From Sulfurimonadaceae bacterium (GTDB lineage: Bacteria > Campylobacterota > Campylobacteria > Campylobacterales > Sulfurimonadaceae), in the NCBI GenBank assembly GCA_041571435.1, contig JBFFUI010000016.1, positions 1-41,297 on the forward strand: a stretch of 41,297 nucleotides of DNA, given 5' to 3'. The notes beneath the pieces were generated by a model. It saw only the letters and a list, made by a program, of their open reading frames with translations, ran no database searches and was not told where the DNA came from. Below, in pieces: positions 1-8,263 of this stretch; the stretch's first letter is position 1, and every line of letters begins with the position of its first letter. A program made the translations under genes and the position numbers.

Positions 1-1181
1 AGACGGCTGAACTCGCTCGGGTGGTATTCCGCCATGGCACTGTAGCGCACATAGTTCTGCTCATATTTGACACCGTTGTCATCGTAGACAAGTGTCATAC
101 CGTTTTTGGTGATATCGTTCATGTAGATGTTGTCATAGCGTGCGCCCATACGCCAGTTCTTGTTCAGGGCATAGACAAGCTGCGTATAGAACCCGGCCTG
201 TTTTTTGTTTAGGGCCGCTTCGCCTGTAACGCTGTCGGTATTATTGGCGTCAACAGCATACTGGGTACCGTCCATATCGCGCATCAACCATTCGCTCTGC
301 CATGTCAGGAAGCTGTAGGAGTCGAAGTAGTGCTTGACGGTCAGGTCGGCACCGTAGAGCACGCTGTTGCCGGCAAAGGCGTGCGGGTTCTCTTCATCAT
401 CACGGTGGTCAAGACGGCTCGAACCGTAGGCACAGGAGACCCCCGGCATAACGGTGGTAGCGCCCACGTCAAAGGCTGCTTTCATATAGCCTGTGAAAAG
501 TGACGGCGCACGTTCTTCTGCAGCGATCGGATTATCGGGATCACCGATCAGGGTGTTTCCGAACATCATTTCGTTCGTTCCTTGCAGTGCCTCCGCACCG
601 ATCATCAGGTAGTGCGGTGCAGGCGCGACCCACTGCAGTTGCAGCCCCAATTCATTGATGCCGTGGTTTCCCAAAAAAGCTTCGTAGACGAGGGGCATGT
701 CACCAAAGTCCCAGGCGTGGTGGTGCTGGTTGTTCAGACGGCCGAAGTCCGACAGCATTTTACCTGCGCGCAGGCGCAGATTTGCCGGCAGAGCCGAGGT
801 CGTTGCATAGGCCTCTTCGATCTCGACACCCGCTTCACTGAAGTGAAAGACCCCGTCCATGCTGAAATAGGGGTCGACGCTGCTGGACAAGATCAGCTCG
901 GCATAGTTGAGGTTAAAACCGTTGTTGGCATTGTAGGTGGCATGGGCATGACCGTCATGACTGTGCGATCCCATCAGACCGTGTGCAATGCCCGGCAGTT
1001 CAAGATGGGCAAGTTCACTGTCGTCCATGTTGCGGTAGACATAGGAGAAATCGGTGATCAGAGAGATGTCTGGCATGTACTGTGACTGTACAAAGGTGCG
1101 TTCATCCGCAGGTTTCAGAGCTGGGATCTCGGCCATCAGTGCCGAGACGACGATAGTCGATAGTAAGAGTGTTTTTTTCAT
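1..1181 (-). CDS. His-rich outer-membrane beta-barrel protein of the zinc-regulated 'TonB-dependent receptor'-like family; 3' end runs off the window
   Basis: Not in the ORF track because its stop is outside the window. Hand translation from ATG at 1181: MKKTLLLSTIVVSALMAE (signal peptide)...HGLMGSHSHDGHAH...GFNLNYAELILSSSVDPYF...EIEEAY...FGRLNNQHHHAWDF...EYHPSEFSR. The frame stays open to base 1. Confidence 0.8.
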   Translation of the reverse strand, partial: MKKTLLLSTIVVSALMAEIPALKPADERTFVQSQYMPDISLITDFSYVYRNMDDSELAHLELPGIAHGLMGSHSHDGHAHATYNANNGFNLNYAELILSSSVDPYFSMDGVFHFSEAGVEIEEAYATTSALPANLRLRAGKMLSDFGRLNNQHHHAWDFGDMPLVYEAFLGNHGINELGLQLQWVAPAPHYLMIGAEALQGTNEMMFGNTLIGDPDNPIAAEERAPSLFTGYMKAAFDVGATTVMPGVSCAYGSSRLDHRDDEENPHAFAGNSVLYGADLTVKHYFDSYSFLTWQSEWLMRDMDGTQYAVDANNTDSVTGEAALNKKQAGFYTQLVYALNKNWRMGARYDNIYMNDITKNGMTLVYDDNGVKYEQNYVRYSAMAEYHPSEFSR

Positions 1182-1265
1182 AGTGTTTCCATAAATAAAC
1201 ACCATAAGCGCGTAGGCATAGCTACATACGAAGGTGTTGTGATGATTTTGATTATTGGTTAGTCG

Positions 1266-1532
1266 TTATGAAAAAGATGGTGGTGCGCGTGACCCCAGGA
1301 TCGGGGTTCGAAAATGAATATATTGGTCTTGAAGTGACTGCACAGGCCCGTAAGTATAGGCTTCAACGTCGTACACACAGGTGCTTTCAGGTACCAATGC
1401 GTTGTCATGCTGCACCAGTGTACAGACCTGACAATCACTGCTGTGATGATGCGGCAGCAGTTCATGCAGCGATGTTGTCAGGGTACTGATGATAAACAGC
1501 AGTGCCAAAAGTGTGTGTATTTGTCGTTTCAT
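1266..1532 (-). CDS. DUF2946-like small protein / putative metal-responsive leader peptide (88 aa)
   Basis: From ATG 1532: MKRQIHTLLALLFIISTLTTSLHELLPHHHSSDCQVC...GSRAPPSFS. It has a hydrophobic N-terminus, a His cluster, CxxC and a C-terminal RAPP. The longer 1634 start in the track would run through the apparent promoter. Confidence 0.75.
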   Translation of the reverse strand: MKRQIHTLLALLFIISTLTTSLHELLPHHHSSDCQVCTLVQHDNALVPESTCVYDVEAYTYGPVQSLQDQYIHFRTPILGSRAPPSFS

Positions 1533-1539
1533 TGGTGGA

Positions 1540-1548
1540 ATTTTAGCA
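1540..1548 (-). promoter_or_regulatory. Extended -10 element (TGcTAAAAT) 7 nt upstream of the ATG at 1532
   Basis: Minus strand reads TATGCTAAAATTCCACCAATG; there is no Shine-Dalgarno between the box and the ATG. Confidence 0.6.
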
Positions 1549-1701
1549 TAATTACTGATGAGGGATATGTTCAGGTGTCTTCTTAAGGGTTTAGCTATTG
1601 TCACAGCGTATCGGCAAGGGAGTGAAAACGGCATTATTTTGACTTTTTGAGAAGAAAAAAAGAAGCTTATAGAGCAGAATAAGATAATGTTTACCGGCTT
1701 T

Positions 1702-1732
1702 TAACACTTTGCTAACACTCTTTGGATATATT
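1702..1732 (+). promoter_or_regulatory. 11-bp-period direct repeat (TAACACT x2) followed by a -10-like TATATT upstream of the response regulator
   Basis: TAACACTTTGC TAACACTCTTT gga TATATT. Confidence 0.45.
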
Positions 1733-1791
1733 GCAAAAACAAATAGGTTGTTGAAGCCGAATTAGGGTGTACGAAGTACTTTTTAAGGAAT

Positions 1792-2448
1792 ATGATGCGG
1801 ATATTAATGCTTGAAGATAATTTGCAGCTTTCTCAGCTGGTGAGTGCCTACCTAGGCCAGCACTTTGTGGTTGATGCACTTGCCTCGATAGAGGAAGCAA
1901 GTGATTATATTGATCAGTTTTCCTATGACGTCGTTTTGTTGGACAGGGATATCAACGGGATCGATGTCGGGATGTCATTGATAAAAAAGATCAAAGACAA
2001 AAACAGCCAGACGGGTATTATTGTGATCAGTGCGTATGACTCGATCGCCGACAAGATCCAGGGGCTCAACCTGGGCGCTGATGATTATCTGGACAAACCC
2101 TTTGACAATGATGAACTGTTGGCACGAATCCATGCCCTTGCAAGACGCAACCAGATACCGACTGAGGTCAACCTTGGCGGCCTTTTGTGTGATACCGGCA
2201 TGAAACAGCTTCAATATGAAGAGGAGATGATCCGCCTCACCCGTAAAGAGAGCGATCTTTTTTTCTACCTGTTGAAAAAACAGGGATCGATCGTCTCCAA
2301 GGAGGAGCTGCTTGACGCACTCTATCTGAATCCGCAGAACATCTCGTCCAACACTATCGATGTGACGATAGGGCATATTCGAAAAAAGCTGCCGCTTAAG
2401 GTGATCAAGACCATCAAAACACGAGGCTATACGATTGAAGAAGCCTAA
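1792..2448 (+). CDS. OmpR/PhoB-family DNA-binding response regulator
   Basis: Receiver domain (ILMLEDN, VLLD, GADDYLDKPF) plus winged helix (LTRKE, SNTIDVTIGHIRKKL, IKTIKTRGY). RBS AAGGA; start 1792 or 1795. Confidence 0.93.
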   Translation: MMRILMLEDNLQLSQLVSAYLGQHFVVDALASIEEASDYIDQFSYDVVLLDRDINGIDVGMSLIKKIKDKNSQTGIIVISAYDSIADKIQGLNLGADDYLDKPFDNDELLARIHALARRNQIPTEVNLGGLLCDTGMKQLQYEEEMIRLTRKESDLFFYLLKKQGSIVSKEELLDALYLNPQNISSNTIDVTIGHIRKKLPLKVIKTIKTRGYTIEEA

Positions 2449-3670
2449 AAGTCTACAACTCTCCATCATCCTCTTTTTTGCCGTCAGCACGATTGTGACC
2501 TTTTTGATGTTGGGCACATACGTGGCCTATGGCTACCATAAAGAGTTGACTACCAACCTGGAAAACTCTTTGGCCGTTATGGCTGAGGATGTTGTGCGTC
2601 ACGAGCTTTATAAAAATGATCCTGAGACCATCAAGTCAAATTTTCATTTTTTGGAGGAGTATCATGAAGCGCCCTTCATCAATCTCTTTGATCGTCTTTC
2701 GTTTGCCATCTACGATGAAAAACCTGCAGTAGAAAATAACTGTAGTGTCATCAAAAAGTTGCCTGACAACCGCTACCTTGTTGTCAGTTCAGGCCGTGAA
2801 GCGGTGAAGAGCAAGCTGTGGACGTTTATCTCCAAGCTGCTGCTGGTCTTCGGGACAGTCTTCTTGCTATTTATTATGATCTTCAGCTATTTTCTCAACC
2901 GCTTCTTTCTACCGCTCCGCTGTCTGGTCCATTTCTGTAAAGACTCTTCTGATAGCAAAGCAGATACTCCCCTCTGCAACGGCAGCAGTGAGGTCAATGA
3001 CCTCAAAGAAGCGATCATCGGACTGCTCGAGTCGAACCATACCCTCTGTAAACAGAAGCAGGACATCTTTAAAGAGGCGGCGCACGAGATCAAATCGCCT
3101 ATCGCCATCTTGAAGGCCCGTCTGGCACTGTTCAAACAAAACGAGAATATCGACAAAGCGACCTTTATTGAAGAGAGCGAAAACGACATCAAGACTATCA
3201 GTAACAAACTGCGTGAACTCATCTTTTTAAAAGAGATCGAATGGGACATGCAGAAGCAAAAAGAGTCGATCTCGATGCAGCAACAGTGTTCTATGATGCA
3301 AGAAGCCTTCAAACCGATCCTGGAAAAAAAGGGACTGTCTATGGTCTCAAACTGGGAAGAGGATTTTATGCTATCTGTCCATAAAGAGGCGATGCAGAAG
3401 GTGATGCAGGCGGTCTTTGAAAACATCTTTATGCATACCAAGAACAACTCCACCATCACAAACTATGTTGATACGGAGCATCGTCGTCTCTATATCGTTA
3501 ACGAGATGGGTGGTAAAAGTGACGAAACACTCTTCAGCTCATATATCGGCTCCAAAATGATTGCAAGATTGGCGGATAAACTGGACTATAGTTATGATGT
3601 CGAAGAGAAAGAGGGACTGTTCTACACTACGATCGTTTTTAATTCATCAGAAGAGAGATGCTCGTTATAA
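2435..3670 (+). CDS. Membrane sensor histidine kinase with a degenerate ATPase domain
   Basis: Two TM helices flank a ~100-aa periplasmic domain; H-box AAHEIKSPIAIL; N-box-like VFENIFMHT. TTG start overlaps the end of the regulator gene. Confidence 0.85.
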   Translation: MKKPKSLQLSIILFFAVSTIVTFLMLGTYVAYGYHKELTTNLENSLAVMAEDVVRHELYKNDPETIKSNFHFLEEYHEAPFINLFDRLSFAIYDEKPAVENNCSVIKKLPDNRYLVVSSGREAVKSKLWTFISKLLLVFGTVFLLFIMIFSYFLNRFFLPLRCLVHFCKDSSDSKADTPLCNGSSEVNDLKEAIIGLLESNHTLCKQKQDIFKEAAHEIKSPIAILKARLALFKQNENIDKATFIEESENDIKTISNKLRELIFLKEIEWDMQKQKESISMQQQCSMMQEAFKPILEKKGLSMVSNWEEDFMLSVHKEAMQKVMQAVFENIFMHTKNNSTITNYVDTEHRRLYIVNEMGGKSDETLFSSYIGSKMIARLADKLDYSYDVEEKEGLFYTTIVFNSSEERCSL

Positions 3671-3724
3671 GGAGAGGAGATGCCGCGCCAGAGACCCCGG
3701 CGTTGCATCTAAAGAGATTAAATA

Positions 3725-4567
3725 CTATTTGAAGTATTTAGTGACATCTTTCTCAACAGCACCTGGTACTGTCATGATGCCCATGAACTCAGTCATTGTA
3801 AGCAGTGGATAGCTGATCGCGATCATATAGTCGGCACGCAGCGCAGTTGCTTTGTTGTCTTCGACAAGGATCATCCATGGCATGATCGCACCGTTCTGGA
3901 TACCGATTTTGTCAGCAAATTTCATCGTACGGTTGTTTAGTTTTACACCGTAAAGTGTACGTCCTTCACCCACTTCAAGTTTGAAGACGATGTTCTTCTT
4001 TTTAGCACTGTCCATCTTTGCGACAAGGTCTGTTGTATTGCCTTCGCCAGCAACGATCACATCCTGATAGTACGGGCGGCCGATCATGAACTGATAATCA
4101 GCAAGACCGTCGAACTCCCATTTGTCTTCCGAAGGTTTTAGCTCAGGGAAGGCTTTGTTGAGGTCATCAAGCAGTGGTTGCTCGTCACCCAGTTTGTAGT
4201 CAGCTTGCAAAAATGCTTTTGTGAAGTAACGTGGGTTCGAGATGCGCGTCTCATTGCCTTCAGTGTTTACAAGTACGCGAAGTGCACCTGCAAGAAAACC
4301 GCGGCCAGGCTTGTTTGCCAGACTTTTCAGGTGTGCGTTTGTAAATACAATACTGTCAAGTTTTTTCTTTCCGACTTTATCGATAGCAACGATCTCGAAA
4401 CCGGCAGCCTCAAGTTTAGAGGTGACCTCTTCCGTTGACATCAACGGGGCGATAAAGTAAGTAGGGACTTCCGCAGGTCCTGCATAACCCGGTGTTGCCT
4501 CTTTGGAACTACAACCTGTGAACATCATGACAGCGGCTGCCATAAGTGCTAATAAAACGTTTTTCAT
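3725..4567 (-). CDS. Uncharacterised lipoprotein (280 aa)
   Basis: Signal peptide II with lipobox FTG-C, RBS AAGGA, long open frame with a globular composition. Confidence 0.8.
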   Translation of the reverse strand: MKNVLLALMAAAVMMFTGCSSKEATPGYAGPAEVPTYFIAPLMSTEEVTSKLEAAGFEIVAIDKVGKKKLDSIVFTNAHLKSLANKPGRGFLAGALRVLVNTEGNETRISNPRYFTKAFLQADYKLGDEQPLLDDLNKAFPELKPSEDKWEFDGLADYQFMIGRPYYQDVIVAGEGNTTDLVAKMDSAKKKNIVFKLEVGEGRTLYGVKLNNRTMKFADKIGIQNGAIMPWMILVEDNKATALRADYMIAISYPLLTMTEFMGIMTVPGAVEKDVTKYFK

Positions 4568-4611
4568 CTTGATCCTTAAATGTGAAGATGCACCATTATC
4601 TTCTAATCAAC

Positions 4612-4644
4612 ATGAAAAAATCATTAAAAAATCACAAACTTATC
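4612..4644. promoter_or_regulatory. Tandem 11-bp repeats ATGAAAAAATC-ATTAAAAAATC-ACAAACTTATC; putative regulator site
   Basis: Read directly in the divergent intergenic region. Confidence 0.55.
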
Positions 4645-4707
4645 ACAGGCTGCTGTTTTGCCGACTGTTTGGAACGTTTGGAATATATATACCATCAAAA
4701 GAAGGTA

Positions 4708-4760
4708 GTATGAAAAAATCATGAAAAAAAACACTGTCTGTGTTCATGATTTTTTCATAC
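4708..4760. repeat. Perfect 18-bp inverted repeat with a 17-bp spacer; putative operator
   Basis: GTATGAAAAAATCATGAA (4708-4725) and TTCATGATTTTTTCATAC (4743-4760). Confidence 0.8.
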
Positions 4761-4805
4761 ACGTTTCATTAAACTGTCTCACATTTTAATTATTGGGAGA
4801 TATCT

Positions 4806-6089
4806 ATGAAAATGCATACAAAACTTTTAGGCTCAGTGGCACTTAGTGCTATGCTGATCGCCGGCTTTGCCGGTTGTGGTGAGGACAGCACCAGTACCTC
4901 AGTATCTACAGCAGGTACGATAACACCGTACACACGTGTAGCAGTACTACCGGGTGGTTGGGCTGATGTACCTGCTGTAGCAGAAAAGATCGCGCAGTAT
5001 GTTGTATACACAGATGAAAATGCTGCACTGGGACTGCCTACCAACTGGGTGATTGCCGGTGCCAATGGCGGTTTAGATGGCAATAGCGGTCCTGAGACTT
5101 GGGAAACAACAGACCTATTGCCGATCCCGGGCATGGGTTCTGATGTAACCGGAACAGCCCGTGTTATCGAATTCTGTAATAAAGCGTATGCACTTCAGGC
5201 GATTGGTACAGGCCGTTTCCACGGTTCGGCGCTGCCTTGTGAGGTCTCTGTCCACAGTGACGGAACAAATATCTATATTGATATGTTGGATGCCGGTGCA
5301 ATTTTCAACATCTTCTTTACAGATGCAACAGACAATTTTGATGCAGCACAGAATGCTGCTTTTGCTGAGATGGCTGCTGCTGTAAAAAGCGAACTGCGTA
5401 CAATGATCAAAGCCGGTCTGGAAGATGACAACGGTGTAAGTGGTTCGGCTGCTCTAACGTATACCGAGTCAACAGCGGAGCTTGGACCACAATTTACACA
5501 GAGCCAAATCGAAAATGATATTGCATTGCGTAGTCCGTACATCGTATACAAATATTCAGGAACAGGTTCAGCTCTAGACGGTAGCTTTGTAAAAGGTACA
5601 GATGATAAGGCCCTTGCTCAAACGATTATTGCCGTACTCGGTGATGCTGCAAGTACTGCTGAAAACAGAGTGCCAGGACTTTCTGCAGGTTCCCTATGGC
5701 GCTCAGGCCGTCCTGATCCAATCGCGATTCCAAACGTTCAGGTTATAGAGGCATGTTCACCGAAATATGCGAAAAAAGCTACAGGACTCGGAAACGAGTA
5801 TATCACGGCACTGCCATGTGAGTTCACAGTCTATGTCGATGAGACGGATGACACGAACAATACGCTTGCTATCAGTTTCCTGAATCCGAACTTTATGTTT
5901 GGTACGATGTTTGAGGGTGCTGTGGAAAATGCTTACATGAACGGTGATCTTAACAAGACACAGGTTGTCGAGTACAGTACATTGGCCGATGTCGTATTTG
6001 GTGATCTGCGCATGATCGTTGACCGTGCGGTTCAAGATCAAGGGCTTGGTGCTGACTCTCATGGTTTAGGTTTGGTTATTAAAGAGTAA
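4806..6089 (+). CDS. Lipoprotein with two DUF302-like domains
   Basis: Lipobox FAG-C and a Ser/Thr linker, then an internal duplication: VIEFCNKAYA...ALPCEVSV and VIEACSPKYA...ALPCEFTV. This matches the DUF302 C...LPC pattern. Confidence 0.75.
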   Translation: MKMHTKLLGSVALSAMLIAGFAGCGEDSTSTSVSTAGTITPYTRVAVLPGGWADVPAVAEKIAQYVVYTDENAALGLPTNWVIAGANGGLDGNSGPETWETTDLLPIPGMGSDVTGTARVIEFCNKAYALQAIGTGRFHGSALPCEVSVHSDGTNIYIDMLDAGAIFNIFFTDATDNFDAAQNAAFAEMAAAVKSELRTMIKAGLEDDNGVSGSAALTYTESTAELGPQFTQSQIENDIALRSPYIVYKYSGTGSALDGSFVKGTDDKALAQTIIAVLGDAASTAENRVPGLSAGSLWRSGRPDPIAIPNVQVIEACSPKYAKKATGLGNEYITALPCEFTVYVDETDDTNNTLAISFLNPNFMFGTMFEGAVENAYMNGDLNKTQVVEYSTLADVVFGDLRMIVDRAVQDQGLGADSHGLGLVIKE

Positions 6090-6143
6090 CCCAGCTCTCT
6101 ACGGGTATGTTCTGAAGAGATATCATAACTTAGAAGGATAATA

Positions 6144-6353
6144 ATGCAAAGTCACAGACTCCAGCGTCTGCTTACGGGGACGATGCTCAGTTGTATCTGG
6201 GCACTTTTTTATCTGGACGAATCGACGATCGCATTCAGCCTTTTGGGCTTTGTGGTCGCAATGATCTTCACGTGGGCGATCTTTGATTTCTGCCCCTCAC
6301 TCTGGTTTTTTCAAAAAGTCCTCAAGGAAGAGGAAACTAAAGCCTGCTGTTAA
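6144..6353 (+). CDS. Small membrane protein, YgaP/DUF2892-like
   Basis: RBS AAGGA; two TM segments followed by FDFCPS (YgaP-like FCP motif); ends in CC. Confidence 0.65.
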   Translation: MQSHRLQRLLTGTMLSCIWALFYLDESTIAFSLLGFVVAMIFTWAIFDFCPSLWFFQKVLKEEETKACC

Positions 6354-6549
6354 GTCACTGCTCCAAGCTGTCTGGCTTGGTAGCGCTCAAAATTCACATT
6401 CCCTTCTGACTCTTACCCTCATAAATTTACCAGATCGATAGACACAATCAAACGACGATCAATCGACTTGTTTTAAAGTGGTTGTTTTTTACCCAGTACT
6501 AATAACAATTTTGTTAAAATTCCACAAATATTTTTTCCAAGGTTAGAGT

Positions 6550-8085
6550 ATGAAACGCGCCCTGATTAGTGTCAGTGATAAGAGTAATGTAGTTGAATTT
6601 GCCAAGTCGTTAGTAGCGAACGGTTTCGAGATCATCTCAACAGGTGGAACCTACAAGATGTTGAAAGAAGCGGGTGTCGCAGCGATCGAGATCGACGAAG
6701 TGACAAAGTTCCCGGAGTGTTTTGAAGGGCGTGTTAAGACACTGAACCCTTTTGTCCATGGCGGTATCCTGCACCGTCGCGACAAACAGTCTCACCTAGA
6801 CCAGGCCAAAGAACTTGGCGTCGAGGCGATCGACCTTGTCTGTGTCAACCTCTACCCGTTCAAAGAGACGATCGAGCGTACGGAAGACTTTGAAGATATC
6901 ATTGAGAACATCGACATCGGCGGACCGGCAATGGTACGTTCGGCTGCAAAGAACTTTGACAGTGTTATGATTGTTACCGATGTGGCGGACTATTCCCTTG
7001 TCCTTAACGCGATCGAAAACGATACCAATACCGTCGAGTTCCGCCGCAACCTGATGATCAAGGCGTATGAACATACTGCAGCCTATGACTCGATGATCGC
7101 CAACTACATGAACAGCCGTTTTAACAAAGGTTTTGGTACGAAACAGTTCATTGTCGGCTCAAAAGTGATGGACACGCGTTACGGTGAGAATCCGCATCAA
7201 GACGGTGCACTCTACGAATTTGACACCTATTTTTCTAAAAACTTCACAACCCTCAAAGGGGAAGCAAGTTTCAACAATCTCAATGACATCAACGGTGCGG
7301 TGAAGATCGCTGCCGGTTTCGGCAGTGAAGGTGCCGTATGTATCTCCAAACATGGTAACCCGTGTGGTTTTGCGATCCGTGAAAACCTGACAGAAGCGTA
7401 TACGGAAGCACTTAAATGTGACCCGGTCTCTGCATTTGGCGGAGTGGTTGCCGTTAACGGTGTTGTCGATGTCGAGCTTGCGGAAAAGATGAACGAGATC
7501 TTCCTTGAAGTGATTATCGCAGGACGCATAACACCTGAAGCGCAGGCTGTTTTTGAGAAGAAAAAGCGTATTAAACTGTTTGAATACGGTGCGGACACGA
7601 TCGTCCTCTCTAACGACACAAAAGATTTCAAACACATCGACGGCGGGTTTGTCTACCAGGATGCTGACGTTGTCGCAGCTGACGAAGTGGCAAACTCGGA
7701 GCTGAAGACAACGCGTGAAGCGACAGCTCAGGAGATGAAAGATGCCGAGATCGCATGGAAAGTGGCGTCATTGACGAAGTCCAACTGTGTTGTCTATGTG
7801 AAGAACTCGGCGATGGTCGCTGTCGGTATGGGAATGACATCACGTGTCGATGCGGCACAGTGCGCCTTGAAAAAAGCGAAAGATATGGGTCTTGATGTTA
7901 CCGGTGCCGCCTTGGCATCGGAAGCCTTCTTCCCGTTCCGTGACTCGATCGATGCAGCGGCTGAAGCGGGCGTCAAGACGGTTATTCAGCCTGGCGGTTC
8001 GATCCGTGACGATGAGGTTATCGAAGCGGCGAACGAACATGGTATGGCGCTGTACTTCAGCGGCATCCGTCACTTTCTCCACTAA
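6550..8085 (+). CDS. purH: Bifunctional AICAR transformylase / IMP cyclohydrolase
   Basis: [59 protein letters not shown]. Confidence 0.98.
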   Translation: MKRALISVSDKSNVVEFAKSLVANGFEIISTGGTYKMLKEAGVAAIEIDEVTKFPECFEGRVKTLNPFVHGGILHRRDKQSHLDQAKELGVEAIDLVCVNLYPFKETIERTEDFEDIIENIDIGGPAMVRSAAKNFDSVMIVTDVADYSLVLNAIENDTNTVEFRRNLMIKAYEHTAAYDSMIANYMNSRFNKGFGTKQFIVGSKVMDTRYGENPHQDGALYEFDTYFSKNFTTLKGEASFNNLNDINGAVKIAAGFGSEGAVCISKHGNPCGFAIRENLTEAYTEALKCDPVSAFGGVVAVNGVVDVELAEKMNEIFLEVIIAGRITPEAQAVFEKKKRIKLFEYGADTIVLSNDTKDFKHIDGGFVYQDADVVAADEVANSELKTTREATAQEMKDAEIAWKVASLTKSNCVVYVKNSAMVAVGMGMTSRVDAAQCALKKAKDMGLDVTGAALASEAFFPFRDSIDAAAEAGVKTVIQPGGSIRDDEVIEAANEHGMALYFSGIRHFLH

Positions 8086-8114
8086 TCTAAATCTTCGGCT
8101 GCATCGCAGCTTGC

Positions 8115-8154
8115 ACCAAAATCTGACCCTCTGTACAAATGGTCAGATATTGGT
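8115..8154 (+). terminator. Stem-loop downstream of purH
   Basis: ACCAA(A)ATCTGACC...GGTCAGAT(A)TTGGT gives 13 bp with one mismatch; weak U-tract. Confidence 0.4.
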
Positions 8155-8263
8155 TGAATCTACAGCACATCTAAAAACGTATATAGTTCTACAGTTTCCT
8201 GCTAACCCTTTATTAACCTTCTATCGCATATAATCAGAACATATATCGATATCAAGGCCTATT

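Noticed and set aside
21-1085. Plus-strand ORFs 21-212 and 582-1085
   Set aside because: Antisense shadows of the real minus-strand outer-membrane gene 1-1181.
4708-4760. Inverted repeat as an invertible promoter or MITE
   Set aside because: The 17-bp spacer is too short to carry a promoter, no recombinase or target duplication is present, and the same unit also occurs as direct repeats.
6503-6520. TAACAA-TT-TTGTTA palindrome overlapping the purH extended -10
   Set aside because: Only 6-bp arms in AT-rich DNA; could easily be chance, and no regulator can be assigned.
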